Source of the DNA: Gemmatimonadales bacterium
GTDB lineage: Bacteria > Gemmatimonadota > Gemmatimonadetes > Gemmatimonadales > GWC2-71-9
Reading direction: 5' to 3'
DNA length: 64,000 bases
NCBI GenBank assembly: GCA_033853695.1
Contig: JAWOLH010000023.1
Span: 22,215 to 86,214, forward strand
The position numbers were made by a program, and so were the translations under genes. Shown piece after piece: positions 1-9,428 of the stretch. Within the stretch, counting starts at the first letter, position 1. Each line of letters begins with the position of its first letter. The notes below the pieces were generated by a model that ran no database searches, was not told the origin of the DNA, and saw nothing but the letters and a program-made list of their open reading frames with translations.

Positions 1-1524
1 CGCGCCCTTGCCGCCGAGGCGCTTCTGCAGAGCGGACCAGGTGCCCTGCAGGTAACTCTTGAACGTTCCGCCCTTGCCCGAAACCTGCAGCAGCACATCT
101 CCGGTGTGCTTCGTCCCGTCGAAGACCGGCATCATCGCCGGCTGTTGCAGCGCGTACACGCCGGCGCGCGGCCGGCTGTCGTTCCATTGCTCGAGGGGAT
201 GGAGGTCGGGGAGCACGAGGTCGGAGCCCGCGGCGGTCTCGTCGAGGTACGACGAGAAGCTGACCCGGAAGCCCGCCTTCCCCCACGCCTGCGCGAACGA
301 CCCGCCGAGTGTGTGCATGGGGTTCGCGCCGTGCACCAGCAGGAGGGCGACGCGGCCGCCCGCCAGGTCGGTCGTCAGAGTGGCCATGTCGGCGTGCTGG
401 CCCGCCAATCCCTGCGCCAGATCGGCCCCGAACTTCACGGTCTTTCCGACGGCACCGGCGACGTAGTTCAGAACGTTGACCGCGGCGACGATCTCCCGGC
501 CGTTCGGGTAGTGTGTCGCCATCCCGCCCGTGACGGCGAGCGGTGCGGACGTCCTGGTGAACTCCGTTGCGAGACGTTCGATGACGGGCAGGTCCACACC
601 GATCGCTTTGGCCACGTCGGCCGCGGCCGGCAGCCCGAGGCGCGCCGCATCGGGGGGGACGTTCCCCAGGCGCTTCGACACGATGACCTGCGCCATCGCA
701 AGCGCGAGCATCCCTTCGGTCCCGGGATTGATCGCGATCCATTCGTCGGCGATCAGCCCCGTCTGCGGCAGGCGTGGGCCGACGAACACGAACTTGGCCA
801 TCGACGCATTCTGGCCCGACTCGAAGCTGTGAGACCGGGTGAAAGCGTTCTGAAATCCGACGGGCGAGAGCCACGTCTCCATGAAGTCGGCGCCGAACGA
901 CATGATGTAGCCGGCGGCGGCGAAGTCGTAGGTGGGGATCGTCGCGTCGCCGAAGGCGAGGCGGTTCCCCTCCCGCAGCGCCTCGAAGGCGAACGGCTCG
1001 TAGGTGACGTGCCGGCCACCCACCTGCTGCATCCATTCGTCCACCAGCTCGCCGAAGCTGCCGGTCTCGACGCCGGTGACGAACACGATGCCCTTGCCGC
1101 GCGCCGCCGCGACCTGCTGCTGCAGCGCGGCGATCGCCTTGTCCCAGGTGGTCGGCTCGAGGATACCGGCGGCGTTGCGCTGCAGCGGGCCAGTGATGCG
1201 ATCGGGGTTGTAGAGTCCCTGCAGCCCCGCCTGGCCACGCGCGCACAGGTGGCCGTGATTCACCGGTGAGTCGGGGTTTCCTTCGAGCTTGATGGCGCGC
1301 CCTTCGCGGACCTTGACGTGCAGGCCGCACCCCGCGCCGCACTCACGGCACGTGCTGGCGTACCACGTCGCGAGACCGGGCGTCTGGTCTTCGGGAGGAA
1401 TGACGTAGGGAATGAGCTTCTCGGTAGGCTCCGGACCGATTCCGCATCCCGTCAGCGCGGCGGCACCGCCCCCCGCCACGCCCAGCACCTTGAGGAACCG
1501 CCTCCGATCCATCCCGTCGCTCAT
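1..1524 (-). CDS. TAT-exported molybdopterin oxidoreductase-like subunit (ActB/QrcB-like, alternative complex III); runs off the window edge
   Basis: Not in the ORF track (no stop in window). Manual translation from ATG 1524 gives MSDGMDRRRFLKVLGVAGGGAAALTGC (TAT motif plus lipobox) then KLIPYVIPPE..PG.ATWYASTCRECGAGCG..VREGRAIKLEGNPDSPVNHGHLCARGQAGLQGLYNPDR. It lies directly downstream of a pentaheme cytochrome. Confidence 0.85.
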   Translation of the reverse strand, partial: MSDGMDRRRFLKVLGVAGGGAAALTGCGIGPEPTEKLIPYVIPPEDQTPGLATWYASTCRECGAGCGLHVKVREGRAIKLEGNPDSPVNHGHLCARGQAGLQGLYNPDRITGPLQRNAAGILEPTTWDKAIAALQQQVAAARGKGIVFVTGVETGSFGELVDEWMQQVGGRHVTYEPFAFEALREGNRLAFGDATIPTYDFAAAGYIMSFGADFMETWLSPVGFQNAFTRSHSFESGQNASMAKFVFVGPRLPQTGLIADEWIAINPGTEGMLALAMAQVIVSKRLGNVPPDAARLGLPAAADVAKAIGVDLPVIERLATEFTRTSAPLAVTGGMATHYPNGREIVAAVNVLNYVAGAVGKTVKFGADLAQGLAGQHADMATLTTDLAGGRVALLLVHGANPMHTLGGSFAQAWGKAGFRVSFSSYLDETAAGSDLVLPDLHPLEQWNDSRPRAGVYALQQPAMMPVFDGTKHTGDVLLQVSGKGGTFKSYLQGTWSALQKRLGGKGA

Positions 1525-1544
1525 ATCGTCTCGCCTGGTCGTGC

Positions 1545-2132
1545 CTAGTAGTGACACAGCGAGCAGTCACGGCTCACGTTGCGCGCCATGTGACAGCTGA
1601 TGCACCAGCCCATTTTCAGCGTCGACACCTGGGAGATCTGCGTCATCCCGTTCACGGCACCATGACAGTTGGCGCAGGACTCCGGCCCCGTGCCGAGCAC
1701 CTTGATGTGCCGCATGTGCGGGAAGTGCACAAAGCCGGGCAGCCAATACACGCGGATCCACTGCGGCGCTGTGCGGTCGCTCCACGCCTTGCGCACTTTG
1801 GCGATCTCCGCCTGATGCGCCGGCGTCGTTCCCCCGATGATCTGATGGCAGCCGAAGCAGGTGCGCAGCGCGGGCATCCCCGGCTCGCTCGAGACCGCCA
1901 CGGTGTTGTGGCAGTACATGCAGGGGATCCGATCCTGGCCGGCGTGGATATCGTGACGGAAGAAGATCGGCTGACGGGGGCCGGGGAGTCGCGAGGTGTC
2001 GGTGATGATTGGGGCCCGGTAGCCCGGCGTGCCCGGCGCGGGCTGGGCGGCTTGAGCGGCGAGGGAGCCGCCAGCCACGGCGATCATCAAGAGTATTCCG
2101 CTTGTGGTCCTGCGCCCTCTCGTCGTCGCCAA
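1545..2132 (-). CDS. Pentaheme cytochrome c (cytochrome c3/c7 family, ActA/QrcA-like)
   Basis: Five CxxCH motifs (CMYCH, CFGCH, CANCH, CISCH, CSLCH), the ActA-type segments QPIFFRHDIHAG, WIRVYWLPGFVHFPH and TLKMGWC, and an N-terminal hydrophobic signal. Confidence 0.9.
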   Translation of the reverse strand: MATTRGRRTTSGILLMIAVAGGSLAAQAAQPAPGTPGYRAPIITDTSRLPGPRQPIFFRHDIHAGQDRIPCMYCHNTVAVSSEPGMPALRTCFGCHQIIGGTTPAHQAEIAKVRKAWSDRTAPQWIRVYWLPGFVHFPHMRHIKVLGTGPESCANCHGAVNGMTQISQVSTLKMGWCISCHMARNVSRDCSLCHY

Positions 2133-2246
2133 GGCGGTGGCCTCGATCTCGAACCCGGGTATGGTGGGGCAAACGGCAACTGCACGGCAACAGCTTGCGG
2201 GCGCGAGGAATGTAGCGCGCCCGCCGAATGCCGCACAAGTCCCGGA

Positions 2247-2708
2247 TCAGTCGGAGCGCGACAGCAGGTGATGCTTCAGGCGGATGACGTCGACGAAACC
2301 GTCGACCGACTCGAGATCGGGAAACTCCATCCAGCACCAGCGCACGCCGTCTACCACCTCACCGTCGCGCACGGCGTGTTTCACCGCGCGCCCCACGCCG
2401 TCGGCGAGCACGAGCTCCTGCTCTTCGCTGTCGGTCAGCACGAACGTCCCGCTCACCCCCGATTCCATCGGATGCAGAAAGCCGAGTTTGCGGCCGCCCA
2501 CTTCGTACATCCACACCCACTTCCAGGCGATCCCCATGAACACGACCTGCTCGGTAACGTGGCGCAGCGAGCGGATCCCTTCGCGCGCCCGTTTGAACCG
2601 TCCGGCCGCGAGTTTGGGAAGATCGCGGCTGGGGGAATCCGATTTCGGCCTGGCGCGGGGACTCTTGTAGAGATTGGTCGCCCAATACTCAGTCGGCTGT
2701 CGGGACAT
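2247..2708 (-). CDS. Hypothetical protein, possibly DUF3788-like
   Basis: 153 aa ORF filling the intergenic space, with WKWVWMYEVGGRKLGFLHP and a C-terminal DVIRLK pattern; family assignment is tentative. Confidence 0.55.
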   Translation of the reverse strand: MSRQPTEYWATNLYKSPRARPKSDSPSRDLPKLAAGRFKRAREGIRSLRHVTEQVVFMGIAWKWVWMYEVGGRKLGFLHPMESGVSGTFVLTDSEEQELVLADGVGRAVKHAVRDGEVVDGVRWCWMEFPDLESVDGFVDVIRLKHHLLSRSD

Positions 2709-2818
2709 GTCGTGCCTCGGCTGTCGGCTGCGGTGATGTGATCTGAGACGGCTGAATTTGCGCCACAGAACTTATCCGCGTCGTCAACCGGCAGCGCATC
2801 ATCATGCCACGTAGTCAG

Positions 2819-3961
2819 TTATGCCTTGAGCACTCGGAGCGAGCGTGCGGTATCCCGAAACCGGGCCGGGTCCAGCAGCCGGGCGATCGATTGCTGCGGC
2901 ACCGCCATGCGGCCGTCCTTTCCCATCCTCAACTCGATGACATCGCGATCCCGGCCGAACCAGCGCGCGCTGGGCTCCAGGTCGGATGGGTAGACACACA
3001 GCGGCAGCGCCGCGACCGCGAGCGGCGCCTGGGAGCCGATACCGGATTCGGGCATCGTCCCGGCCCACAGTCTGGCACCGAAGCCGAGCGCGATGCGGTA
3101 GATCCGGCACATCTCCGCGAGCCCGCCGACGCGGTGCACCTTGATATTCCAGACGCTCGGCCCTTCGAGCTCGACCATCTGCCGCGCGTGGCTCGCACTC
3201 TTGAGCGTTTCATCGAGACAGATCGGCGTCTGAAGCACGCGACCGAGACGCGCATGGCCGATCAGCTCGTCGGGGGCGAGCGGCTGCTCGATGTAGAGGA
3301 GCCCAGCCACATCGAGCTGCTTCAGCTCGCGCTCGTGGGCCGGCCATTCGTAGGCACCATTGGCGTCGACGGTGAGGGGAAGCTCGGCGCCCGCCATGCC
3401 AAGGCGAGCGGCACGCACGGCCTCCGCATCCCAGCCCGGCATGACTTTGATCTTGACGCGACGGTAGCCGCGCGCCACCGCCTCCTCCACCCACCGCGCC
3501 AGCGTTCGAGGATTGCGATCTTCCGGAATTCCCAGCGCGACTCCGCAGGCCACGTTCGTCGCCGCGGTCACATCGAGCCGCGCCGCGAGCACCGCCGCGA
3601 CACCGGTGTTTCGTCGGTGCGCTTCCAGATCCCACGCGGCCGTCTCGATTCCGGCGCGGGCGAACGGGTTCCCGCGGACGCCCTCGCGCAGGGCGGCATC
3701 GACGCCCTCGGGATCCTGGAACTCCCGACCCACGATCCGCGGCAACAACACGCGCTCGACCAGATCACGCGCGCTCGTCAGGGTCTCCTCGGAATAGAAC
3801 GGCAGCTCGAAGGGGGGCGACTCGCCGAACCCGGTGTGTCCCGCGTCGTCGTGCAGCAGGACGATGAGGGAGCGCCGTTCTCGCATGATGCCGCCCGAGA
3901 TGATGAACGGCTCCGCCAGCGGCAGGACGAGCTCGAACAGCTCAGCGCCGGAAATGCGCAT
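2819..3961 (-). CDS. o-succinylbenzoate synthase / N-acylamino acid racemase-like enolase-superfamily enzyme
   Basis: KIKV, VDANGAY, IEQP, LDE, WNIKVHRVGG, GTMPESGIG and YPSD motifs; start moved to MRISGAELF at 3961. Confidence 0.88.
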   Translation of the reverse strand: MRISGAELFELVLPLAEPFIISGGIMRERRSLIVLLHDDAGHTGFGESPPFELPFYSEETLTSARDLVERVLLPRIVGREFQDPEGVDAALREGVRGNPFARAGIETAAWDLEAHRRNTGVAAVLAARLDVTAATNVACGVALGIPEDRNPRTLARWVEEAVARGYRRVKIKVMPGWDAEAVRAARLGMAGAELPLTVDANGAYEWPAHERELKQLDVAGLLYIEQPLAPDELIGHARLGRVLQTPICLDETLKSASHARQMVELEGPSVWNIKVHRVGGLAEMCRIYRIALGFGARLWAGTMPESGIGSQAPLAVAALPLCVYPSDLEPSARWFGRDRDVIELRMGKDGRMAVPQQSIARLLDPARFRDTARSLRVLKA

Positions 3962-5105
3962 CTGGAATGTCGAGGAAATGCAGCTCGCCGTTGCGGCGGT
4001 GCACCAACCCGCGCCGCTCGAACCGGTCGAGCTCGGCGAGCACTCCGTCCTCGGGATGAAACAGCAGCTGATGGAGCACGCGCTGGGTGCGCGAGCCGCT
4101 GCGCGCGGCATACTCATCGAGCGGCAGCTGGAACATGGTGTGCAGCTGCACCGCTTCGCATCCCGCGTGTGCGTAGGCGAGGATATCGCGACCCGAATTG
4201 ATCCCGCCGGTGCCGCACAGGCCGGGAAGGAGCTGCGCCCCGGGGTCCCGGCCGAGCCAGACGAAGCTCTCGAGCACACGCACGTTGCGATCGAAGAGAT
4301 CGCGTCCGCCGTAGGCGACCCCCTGCACCGGGTCGAACAGCCGGTTGAAGACCACTTGGGCATCAGCGTCGGCGGCGGCCAGCATCATCTCATGCTGGAA
4401 GCCTTCCTCGAAGCGGGCGTTCATGAGCTTCACGGAGACGCGCGTCTCGATCGGTGATGTCCGGCGGATGAGATCAGGCACCTCTCGCAGCCAGCGCAGA
4501 ATTTGCGCGCGGTCCTCGGCGAGCGAATCACCGGCGAGCGTCGGCGAGAAGTCCTTCTCCAGGAGCAGCGGCGGCTCGTCCCAGGCCTCCGCCAGGCGCG
4601 ACGTCGTATAGCGATACTCGGACTCGACGAACGGCACACCGAGCCGCGGAAGGTGATACTTGACCGACGGGATCACGAGGAGCTCGCCCGAGCGGGTGAG
4701 GTCCCGGCCCGCGCGCACGAGATCGAGATAGTCGTCGAACGAGCGGTCCCACCCCCGCCCCTTCCACGTGACCGTCCACCCGCGGTCCACGCCCGACACG
4801 CGGCGTCGCTCCACTTTCATTTTCGTTTCGTGGATCGCCCATGCCGCCATCGACTGGACGCCGGCCTCGTCCTGCGCAATCAGCGTCTTGAGCACGACGA
4901 ACGCGAGGCCTGCAGCGCGGTCTTCCTCGAGCTGGCGCTCATTGAGAGAGAGCTGACCCGACCCCTTGCCGATCGGGTGGGGCAGCGTTTGTCCGAGATA
5001 CCGGGCCGTCAGATCGATGCGGTAGGTCTCCCGCACGTAGGCGGCAAAGTCCCGCGGCAGATCGTCTTTGAACCGCTCGAAGTCAGCGACGAGCCGCGCG
5101 CGCAT
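3942..5105 (-). CDS. Divergent dihydroorotate/dihydropyrimidine dehydrogenase-like FMN TIM-barrel protein
   Basis: YLGQTLPHPIGKGSG, VVLKT, DFSPT, VSVKL, VVFNR, GTGGINSG and AGCEAVQL align by eye with the DHODH barrel motifs. Confidence 0.65.
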   Translation of the reverse strand: MRARLVADFERFKDDLPRDFAAYVRETYRIDLTARYLGQTLPHPIGKGSGQLSLNERQLEEDRAAGLAFVVLKTLIAQDEAGVQSMAAWAIHETKMKVERRRVSGVDRGWTVTWKGRGWDRSFDDYLDLVRAGRDLTRSGELLVIPSVKYHLPRLGVPFVESEYRYTTSRLAEAWDEPPLLLEKDFSPTLAGDSLAEDRAQILRWLREVPDLIRRTSPIETRVSVKLMNARFEEGFQHEMMLAAADADAQVVFNRLFDPVQGVAYGGRDLFDRNVRVLESFVWLGRDPGAQLLPGLCGTGGINSGRDILAYAHAGCEAVQLHTMFQLPLDEYAARSGSRTQRVLHQLLFHPEDGVLAELDRFERRGLVHRRNGELHFLDIPDAHFRR

Positions 5106-5961
5106 CGTGCACCGCCTGGAACACCGCGTCGCGCTGGGATTGCGGCAGCGAAGGACCCCAGGGGTCATCGCTGGCGTCCGGCGACAGCACGCCTTCGGCG
5201 ACCATCGCCCACAGCATTCGCTGGATGTACCCGTCCATCGGGGGAATGAACGTCTGCTGGGAGAACCGATCGAGGACGTTCGAAAGCTGCAGGAAGTCGC
5301 CGCCGGCCCCGGCGGCATGTGCGCGCAGTAACGCACACTGCAGGTCGGTCAGGGCCGCCCCCATCCCGACGAGCGCGCACTGGCCCCCGAGCATCAGCGA
5401 GTAGCCGAGGAACCGATCCTCGCCGGTGATCACCAGTTTGCCCGGATGCTCCCGCACCAGGGCGACGATGCGCTGAAACGTCATGACGGAATCGAGGGTT
5501 GCCACCTTGATGCCGATCACCTCCGGCAGCGCGAGAATCGCGTGCAGTGCGGCATCGCCGTACGGCACCCCGCCGGCGGCCTCATAGAGATAGAACGCGA
5601 TCACCGGGAGCTCCGCCCCGAGCGCCGTGTGCCACCCGGCCGGATCCTTGGCCTGTGGAAAGGCGAGGAGCGCATCGGCACCGCCCGCCTTCGCCTGCTT
5701 GGCCATCTCGAGGCTCGAGGCCCCCGCGATCACCAGGCGGTTGGGCAACGCGGCGCGCCACGTCTGCAGCACGATGCGGCGCTCGTCCACGGAGAGGTGG
5801 GTACCGCGGCCGGTATGCGCCCACACAGCGACGCCGGCAATATCCTGCGTCGCCATCCAGCGGGCATACACGTGCTGTGCGTCGGCGGCGAGCGTCTTTC
5901 CCCGGAACGGGACCGGCACCGCCGGCACGAGCCCGCCCTCGAGTCGCCGCGCGATCGTCAT
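5083..5961 (-). CDS. Dihydrodipicolinate synthase (class I aldolase) family protein
   Basis: GLVPAVPVPF, AHTGRG, GADALL, FYLY, VIGIKVA (Schiff-base Lys) and ITGED motifs. Confidence 0.85.
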   Translation of the reverse strand: MTIARRLEGGLVPAVPVPFRGKTLAADAQHVYARWMATQDIAGVAVWAHTGRGTHLSVDERRIVLQTWRAALPNRLVIAGASSLEMAKQAKAGGADALLAFPQAKDPAGWHTALGAELPVIAFYLYEAAGGVPYGDAALHAILALPEVIGIKVATLDSVMTFQRIVALVREHPGKLVITGEDRFLGYSLMLGGQCALVGMGAALTDLQCALLRAHAAGAGGDFLQLSNVLDRFSQQTFIPPMDGYIQRMLWAMVAEGVLSPDASDDPWGPSLPQSQRDAVFQAVHDARAARR

Positions 5962-6737
5962 CGCTTCCGGCCTCGCGCCGCTCCGGCGTTTCCGAATTCG
6001 ATCGCCGCGCGCTCGTCGGGAGTGACGTCGAGCAGGTCGAGCTTCGCGACCGCAGCTTCCGGCAGGCGCAGCGGCTGCCCCGTGCCGAACACGAATCGAT
6101 CGGACCCGATCGTGCGCACCAGCGTCGCGAGGTGCTCCTCCGGCGGCCCCCAGATCCAGCTGATGTCCCACCAGACGCGGCGCGCGTCGTCGGGCGTTGA
6201 GCCGAAATGCACCTCCTCGATGAAGCCGCGATCGGCGTGGGTTACGACGAGTCGCACCGCGGGAGCGCTGCGGATCAACGCCCGAACCGCGGCGGCGGGC
6301 AGCTCCGGCGTGACGTCGTTGGGATGGCGTTGCCGGGCATCTTCGAGCCGCACGGCGAGCAGTAGTGGGCGCCCGGCCGCGCCGGCTGCCGCCGCCAGCG
6401 CAACCATCTCGGCGCCGGATGGCGCGAGCGCGAAATAGCAGGGATCGCAGCGGATCGCCGGCGCGCCCCGGGCCACCGCCTCGCGCAGCACGTCGGGCCA
6501 GTCGGCGAGTCCCGGGTGTACCGCCGGCACCGGGTGTAGCCGTGGAAACTCGCGGCAGGTGTCGTAGAGCCACGCGTTGCCCGCGGTCGGATCGCGCCAG
6601 AACAGGCCGGGGAGGTGCGTCACCCATGCTTCGTCGACCGCCACGCGATCCATCGCCGCGAGCACGTCCTGGGGGGAGGTGCCCGGCACCTTGGCAAACG
6701 GGTAGCCGCCGAGGAAGGCGTTGACGTCGATGCGCAT
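5958..6737 (-). CDS. Amidohydrolase_2 family protein with degenerate metal site
   Basis: MRIDVNAFLG (HxH replaced by NxF), LVVTH, WDISW, IGSDRFVFGTGQP and FGNA. Confidence 0.75.
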   Translation of the reverse strand: MRIDVNAFLGGYPFAKVPGTSPQDVLAAMDRVAVDEAWVTHLPGLFWRDPTAGNAWLYDTCREFPRLHPVPAVHPGLADWPDVLREAVARGAPAIRCDPCYFALAPSGAEMVALAAAAGAAGRPLLLAVRLEDARQRHPNDVTPELPAAAVRALIRSAPAVRLVVTHADRGFIEEVHFGSTPDDARRVWWDISWIWGPPEEHLATLVRTIGSDRFVFGTGQPLRLPEAAVAKLDLLDVTPDERAAIEFGNAGAARGRKR

Positions 6738-7537
6738 CAGTCGCCGGGAAAACTGCGGGGGGGGAAGATGCGGGCGGCGTTCTTCCACGCCACGAGCTCG
6801 AAGTCCGCCGGAGACAGCAGGTGTTTCAGGTACCTCAGTTTTGCCCACCCGGTGTCCATCGTGATGTCGGACCCCCAGAGCAACCGCCCGGCGCCGACCG
6901 CCGCAACACACGCCTCGAGCATGCCGCCGTCCACGCCGCTTCCCGAAAGATCGAGGTAGACGTTCGGCTGCGCCGGGGCGACGGCGAGGGTATGCCGCCA
7001 ATCACCACCACCGGCGACGTGCGCGAGGATGAATCGGACCTCGGGATGCCGCGCCGCGAGGCGGCACAGCTCGGCCCCGTCGGACGCCTCCTGCCCCGGC
7101 CAGTCGCGCCGGCGCCCCTGCCAGATGTGCTGCAGAATGGGGAGGCCGTGAGCGCGCGCCGTCTCGCAGATCGCGTCGAGGAGCGGATCGTCGGCGCGCC
7201 GGCTGGCGGCGAGCTTCACGCCGATCAACCCGGCCGACCGGCAGCGTGCGATCTCGGCCCGGGCATGCTCCTGATAATTCGGGTTGACGCAGGCGTAGCC
7301 GCGGATGCGGGCTCCATGCTCCCGCTGCAGCGCCATCGTGAAATCGTTGCCGTACACGACATCATCGGGAGAAGGAAAGTAGGTTGGTGAGGTGAGCCCG
7401 AAGGTGCCGAGGGTCGATGTGACGTGCACGGCGATCCCGATGCGCTCGCCGGCGCGCAGCCGGCTGGCGTTGTACGCCCGCCAGTCGGGCCTGAGGCTCC
7501 GCTCGGGAAAGAAGTGCGCGTGGACGTCTATGAGCAT
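6737..7537 (-). CDS. Amidohydrolase_2 family metal-dependent hydrolase
   Basis: IDVHAH, ILQH, FILAHVAGG, NVYLDLSGS, LLWGSD and NAARI. Confidence 0.9.
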   Translation of the reverse strand: MLIDVHAHFFPERSLRPDWRAYNASRLRAGERIGIAVHVTSTLGTFGLTSPTYFPSPDDVVYGNDFTMALQREHGARIRGYACVNPNYQEHARAEIARCRSAGLIGVKLAASRRADDPLLDAICETARAHGLPILQHIWQGRRRDWPGQEASDGAELCRLAARHPEVRFILAHVAGGGDWRHTLAVAPAQPNVYLDLSGSGVDGGMLEACVAAVGAGRLLWGSDITMDTGWAKLRYLKHLLSPADFELVAWKNAARIFPPRSFPGD

Positions 7538-7552
7538 GAGGCAGGTTCTCCG

Positions 7553-8719
7553 TTAAGCGACCGCTCTCAGCGCCTCCCCCAGCGTCGCCAGGGCCTGGTC
7601 AACATCGGCTTCGGAATGCGCATACGAAACGAAGTTATACGCCGTCCGCTTGAACAGCAGCCCGCGCCGGGCACACTCGACCGCGACCCGGCTCGAGAGG
7701 TCCTCGTTGGCGAAGTGCAGGAAGCACATCTCCGCGATGCCCTCGACGCTCGTCGCGACGTGGCGGTGCTCGTGCTGCAGGCGATGCAGCCCGTGCAGCA
7801 GCCGCGTGCCGACGCGATGCAGGTGCGCGCAGACCGGTTCCGACTCGTACACCTCGAGCGTCGCGAGCGCCGCGGCGAGTGCCACCGATTCCGTCGCCAG
7901 CGTCGACGAGATCCATGTACGGTTGACCGCCGCCATGACTTCCGCCCCGCCGCCCACTGCCGCCAGCGGAAACCCGTTGGCGAAGGCCTTGCCGATCACA
8001 GCGATGTCCGGCACCACGCCGTAGCGCTCCGCGGCGCCGCCGATCGCCAGCCGGAACGCGGTCTTGATCTCGTCGAAGACGAGCACCGCCCCAGCATCCC
8101 GGGTTTCGGCCCGCAGCGTCTCGAGCCACTCGCGCGACGGCTCGGTCACCACCAGCGGCTCGATCACTACCGCGGCGAGCCGGTTGCCGCGGTAGCGGAT
8201 CATTTCGCGCGCCCGCGCGGCGTCGTTGAACGGCAGCTCGGCGAAGACGGCGCGCGTGCCCTGCGGCACCCCTTCGGTCCGTCCCTGGCACCAGTCGAGC
8301 CAGCCGTGGTACCCGCAGGCCAGGATCTCCTCGCGTCCCGTAAAGACGCGGGCGATGCGCACCGCGGCGGCGACGGCTTCGGCTCCGGTCTTGAGGAACC
8401 GGATACGCTCCATCCACGGCATCCGCCGCGCGAGCGCTTCGGCGAGGTGCTCTTCCTCGACCGGCGGCAGCGGACCCACCGTGCCAGCGGCGATGGCAGC
8501 CGTCGCCGCCCTGCTCACCGCGGGATGGCCGTAGCCGAGACCCACGGCGCCGAGCGCCATCACGAAGTCGAGGTACTCGCGACCCGCCTCGTCCCAGACG
8601 CGGGCGCCGGCCGCGCGGCTGAGGCGCGACGGCAGCCCCTCGTCCGCTGCAGCCCCGAACAGCGCCTCGGGACGCTTACTCCCGGTCGACGTGAATCCCG
8701 GAACGCGCCAATCGGTCAC
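7553..8719 (-). CDS. Class III PLP aminotransferase (glutamate-1-semialdehyde aminomutase-like)
   Basis: GARVWDEAGREYLDF, KTGAEAV, YHGW, LVFDEIKTAFR and DIAVIGKAFANGFP. Confidence 0.9.
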   Translation of the reverse strand: MTDWRVPGFTSTGSKRPEALFGAAADEGLPSRLSRAAGARVWDEAGREYLDFVMALGAVGLGYGHPAVSRAATAAIAAGTVGPLPPVEEEHLAEALARRMPWMERIRFLKTGAEAVAAAVRIARVFTGREEILACGYHGWLDWCQGRTEGVPQGTRAVFAELPFNDAARAREMIRYRGNRLAAVVIEPLVVTEPSREWLETLRAETRDAGAVLVFDEIKTAFRLAIGGAAERYGVVPDIAVIGKAFANGFPLAAVGGGAEVMAAVNRTWISSTLATESVALAAALATLEVYESEPVCAHLHRVGTRLLHGLHRLQHEHRHVATSVEGIAEMCFLHFANEDLSSRVAVECARRGLLFKRTAYNFVSYAHSEADVDQALATLGEALRAVA

Positions 8720-9428
8720 GGTACTTCACCACCTCGATCGCCATGGCGCGCAGCAGCTTCGCCTCGCGCTGGTCGAGCGGGACGCGGTGCACGACCTCGC
8801 GCACCGTCCGCATCACATGCTCGCGGTCGCGCACCTTGAAGAATGCGATCGCCGCAAGCGCCTGCTCGGCATCGGTGAAGAAGCGCTCGATCTCCGCGAC
8901 CGTCGCCGGCTCGGCAGGCCGTCGCGGCGCCTTGAACGGCCGTGCCTCATCGCCGCGGGCGACGGCCAGCTCGTACAGCATCACGACGACGGCGTGCCCC
9001 AGATTCAACGACGGATACGATGGGGACGACGGGATCGTCACGATCCGGTGGCAGCGATCGAGATCCTCATTGGACAGCCCTTTGTCTTCACGCCCGAACA
9101 CCAGCGCCGCGGGAGTGCTCGCGGCCGTGGCGAGGATCTCCGCCGCGGCGACCCGGGGTCGCTGCAGATTGCGCTTCGCCGAGCGTGGCCGGGCGGTGCA
9201 ACCCGTGACGTGCGTGCAATCGCCGAGAGCAGTCTCGAGCGAATCGAACAGCGCGATGCGAGAAACCACGTCGTGCGACTGGTGCGCGATCCCTTCGATG
9301 CGATAGCCGTCGTACGCGCGCGGATTCACGAGCCGCAGGTCCTGAAATCCGAAGTTCTTCATCGCGCGCACGACATGGGCGATGTTGACCAGATCCTGGG
9401 GCTCATGCAACACGACGATGATGCTCAT
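8676..9428 (-). CDS. trmJ: SPOUT tRNA/rRNA methyltransferase, TrmJ/LasT family
   Basis: VVLHEPQDLVNIAHVVRAMKNFG, LVFGREDKGLSNE and YPSLNLGHAV. Confidence 0.85.
   Translation of the reverse strand: MSIIVVLHEPQDLVNIAHVVRAMKNFGFQDLRLVNPRAYDGYRIEGIAHQSHDVVSRIALFDSLETALGDCTHVTGCTARPRSAKRNLQRPRVAAAEILATAASTPAALVFGREDKGLSNEDLDRCHRIVTIPSSPSYPSLNLGHAVVVMLYELAVARGDEARPFKAPRRPAEPATVAEIERFFTDAEQALAAIAFFKVRDREHVMRTVREVVHRVPLDQREAKLLRAMAIEVVKYRDRLARSGIHVDRE

Noticed and set aside
106-1269. Long plus-strand ORFs antisense to real genes (e.g. 106-1269, 7424-8839, 41779-43650, 47427-49421, 61189-62712)
   Set aside because: Shadow ORFs typical of high-GC DNA: Arg/Gly/His-rich, no motifs, and the opposite strand encodes recognisable proteins.
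2819-8719. Gene symbols menC, pyrD, dapA and hemL
   Set aside because: Family membership is clear, but motifs are altered and pathway context is missing, so orthology is unsupported.
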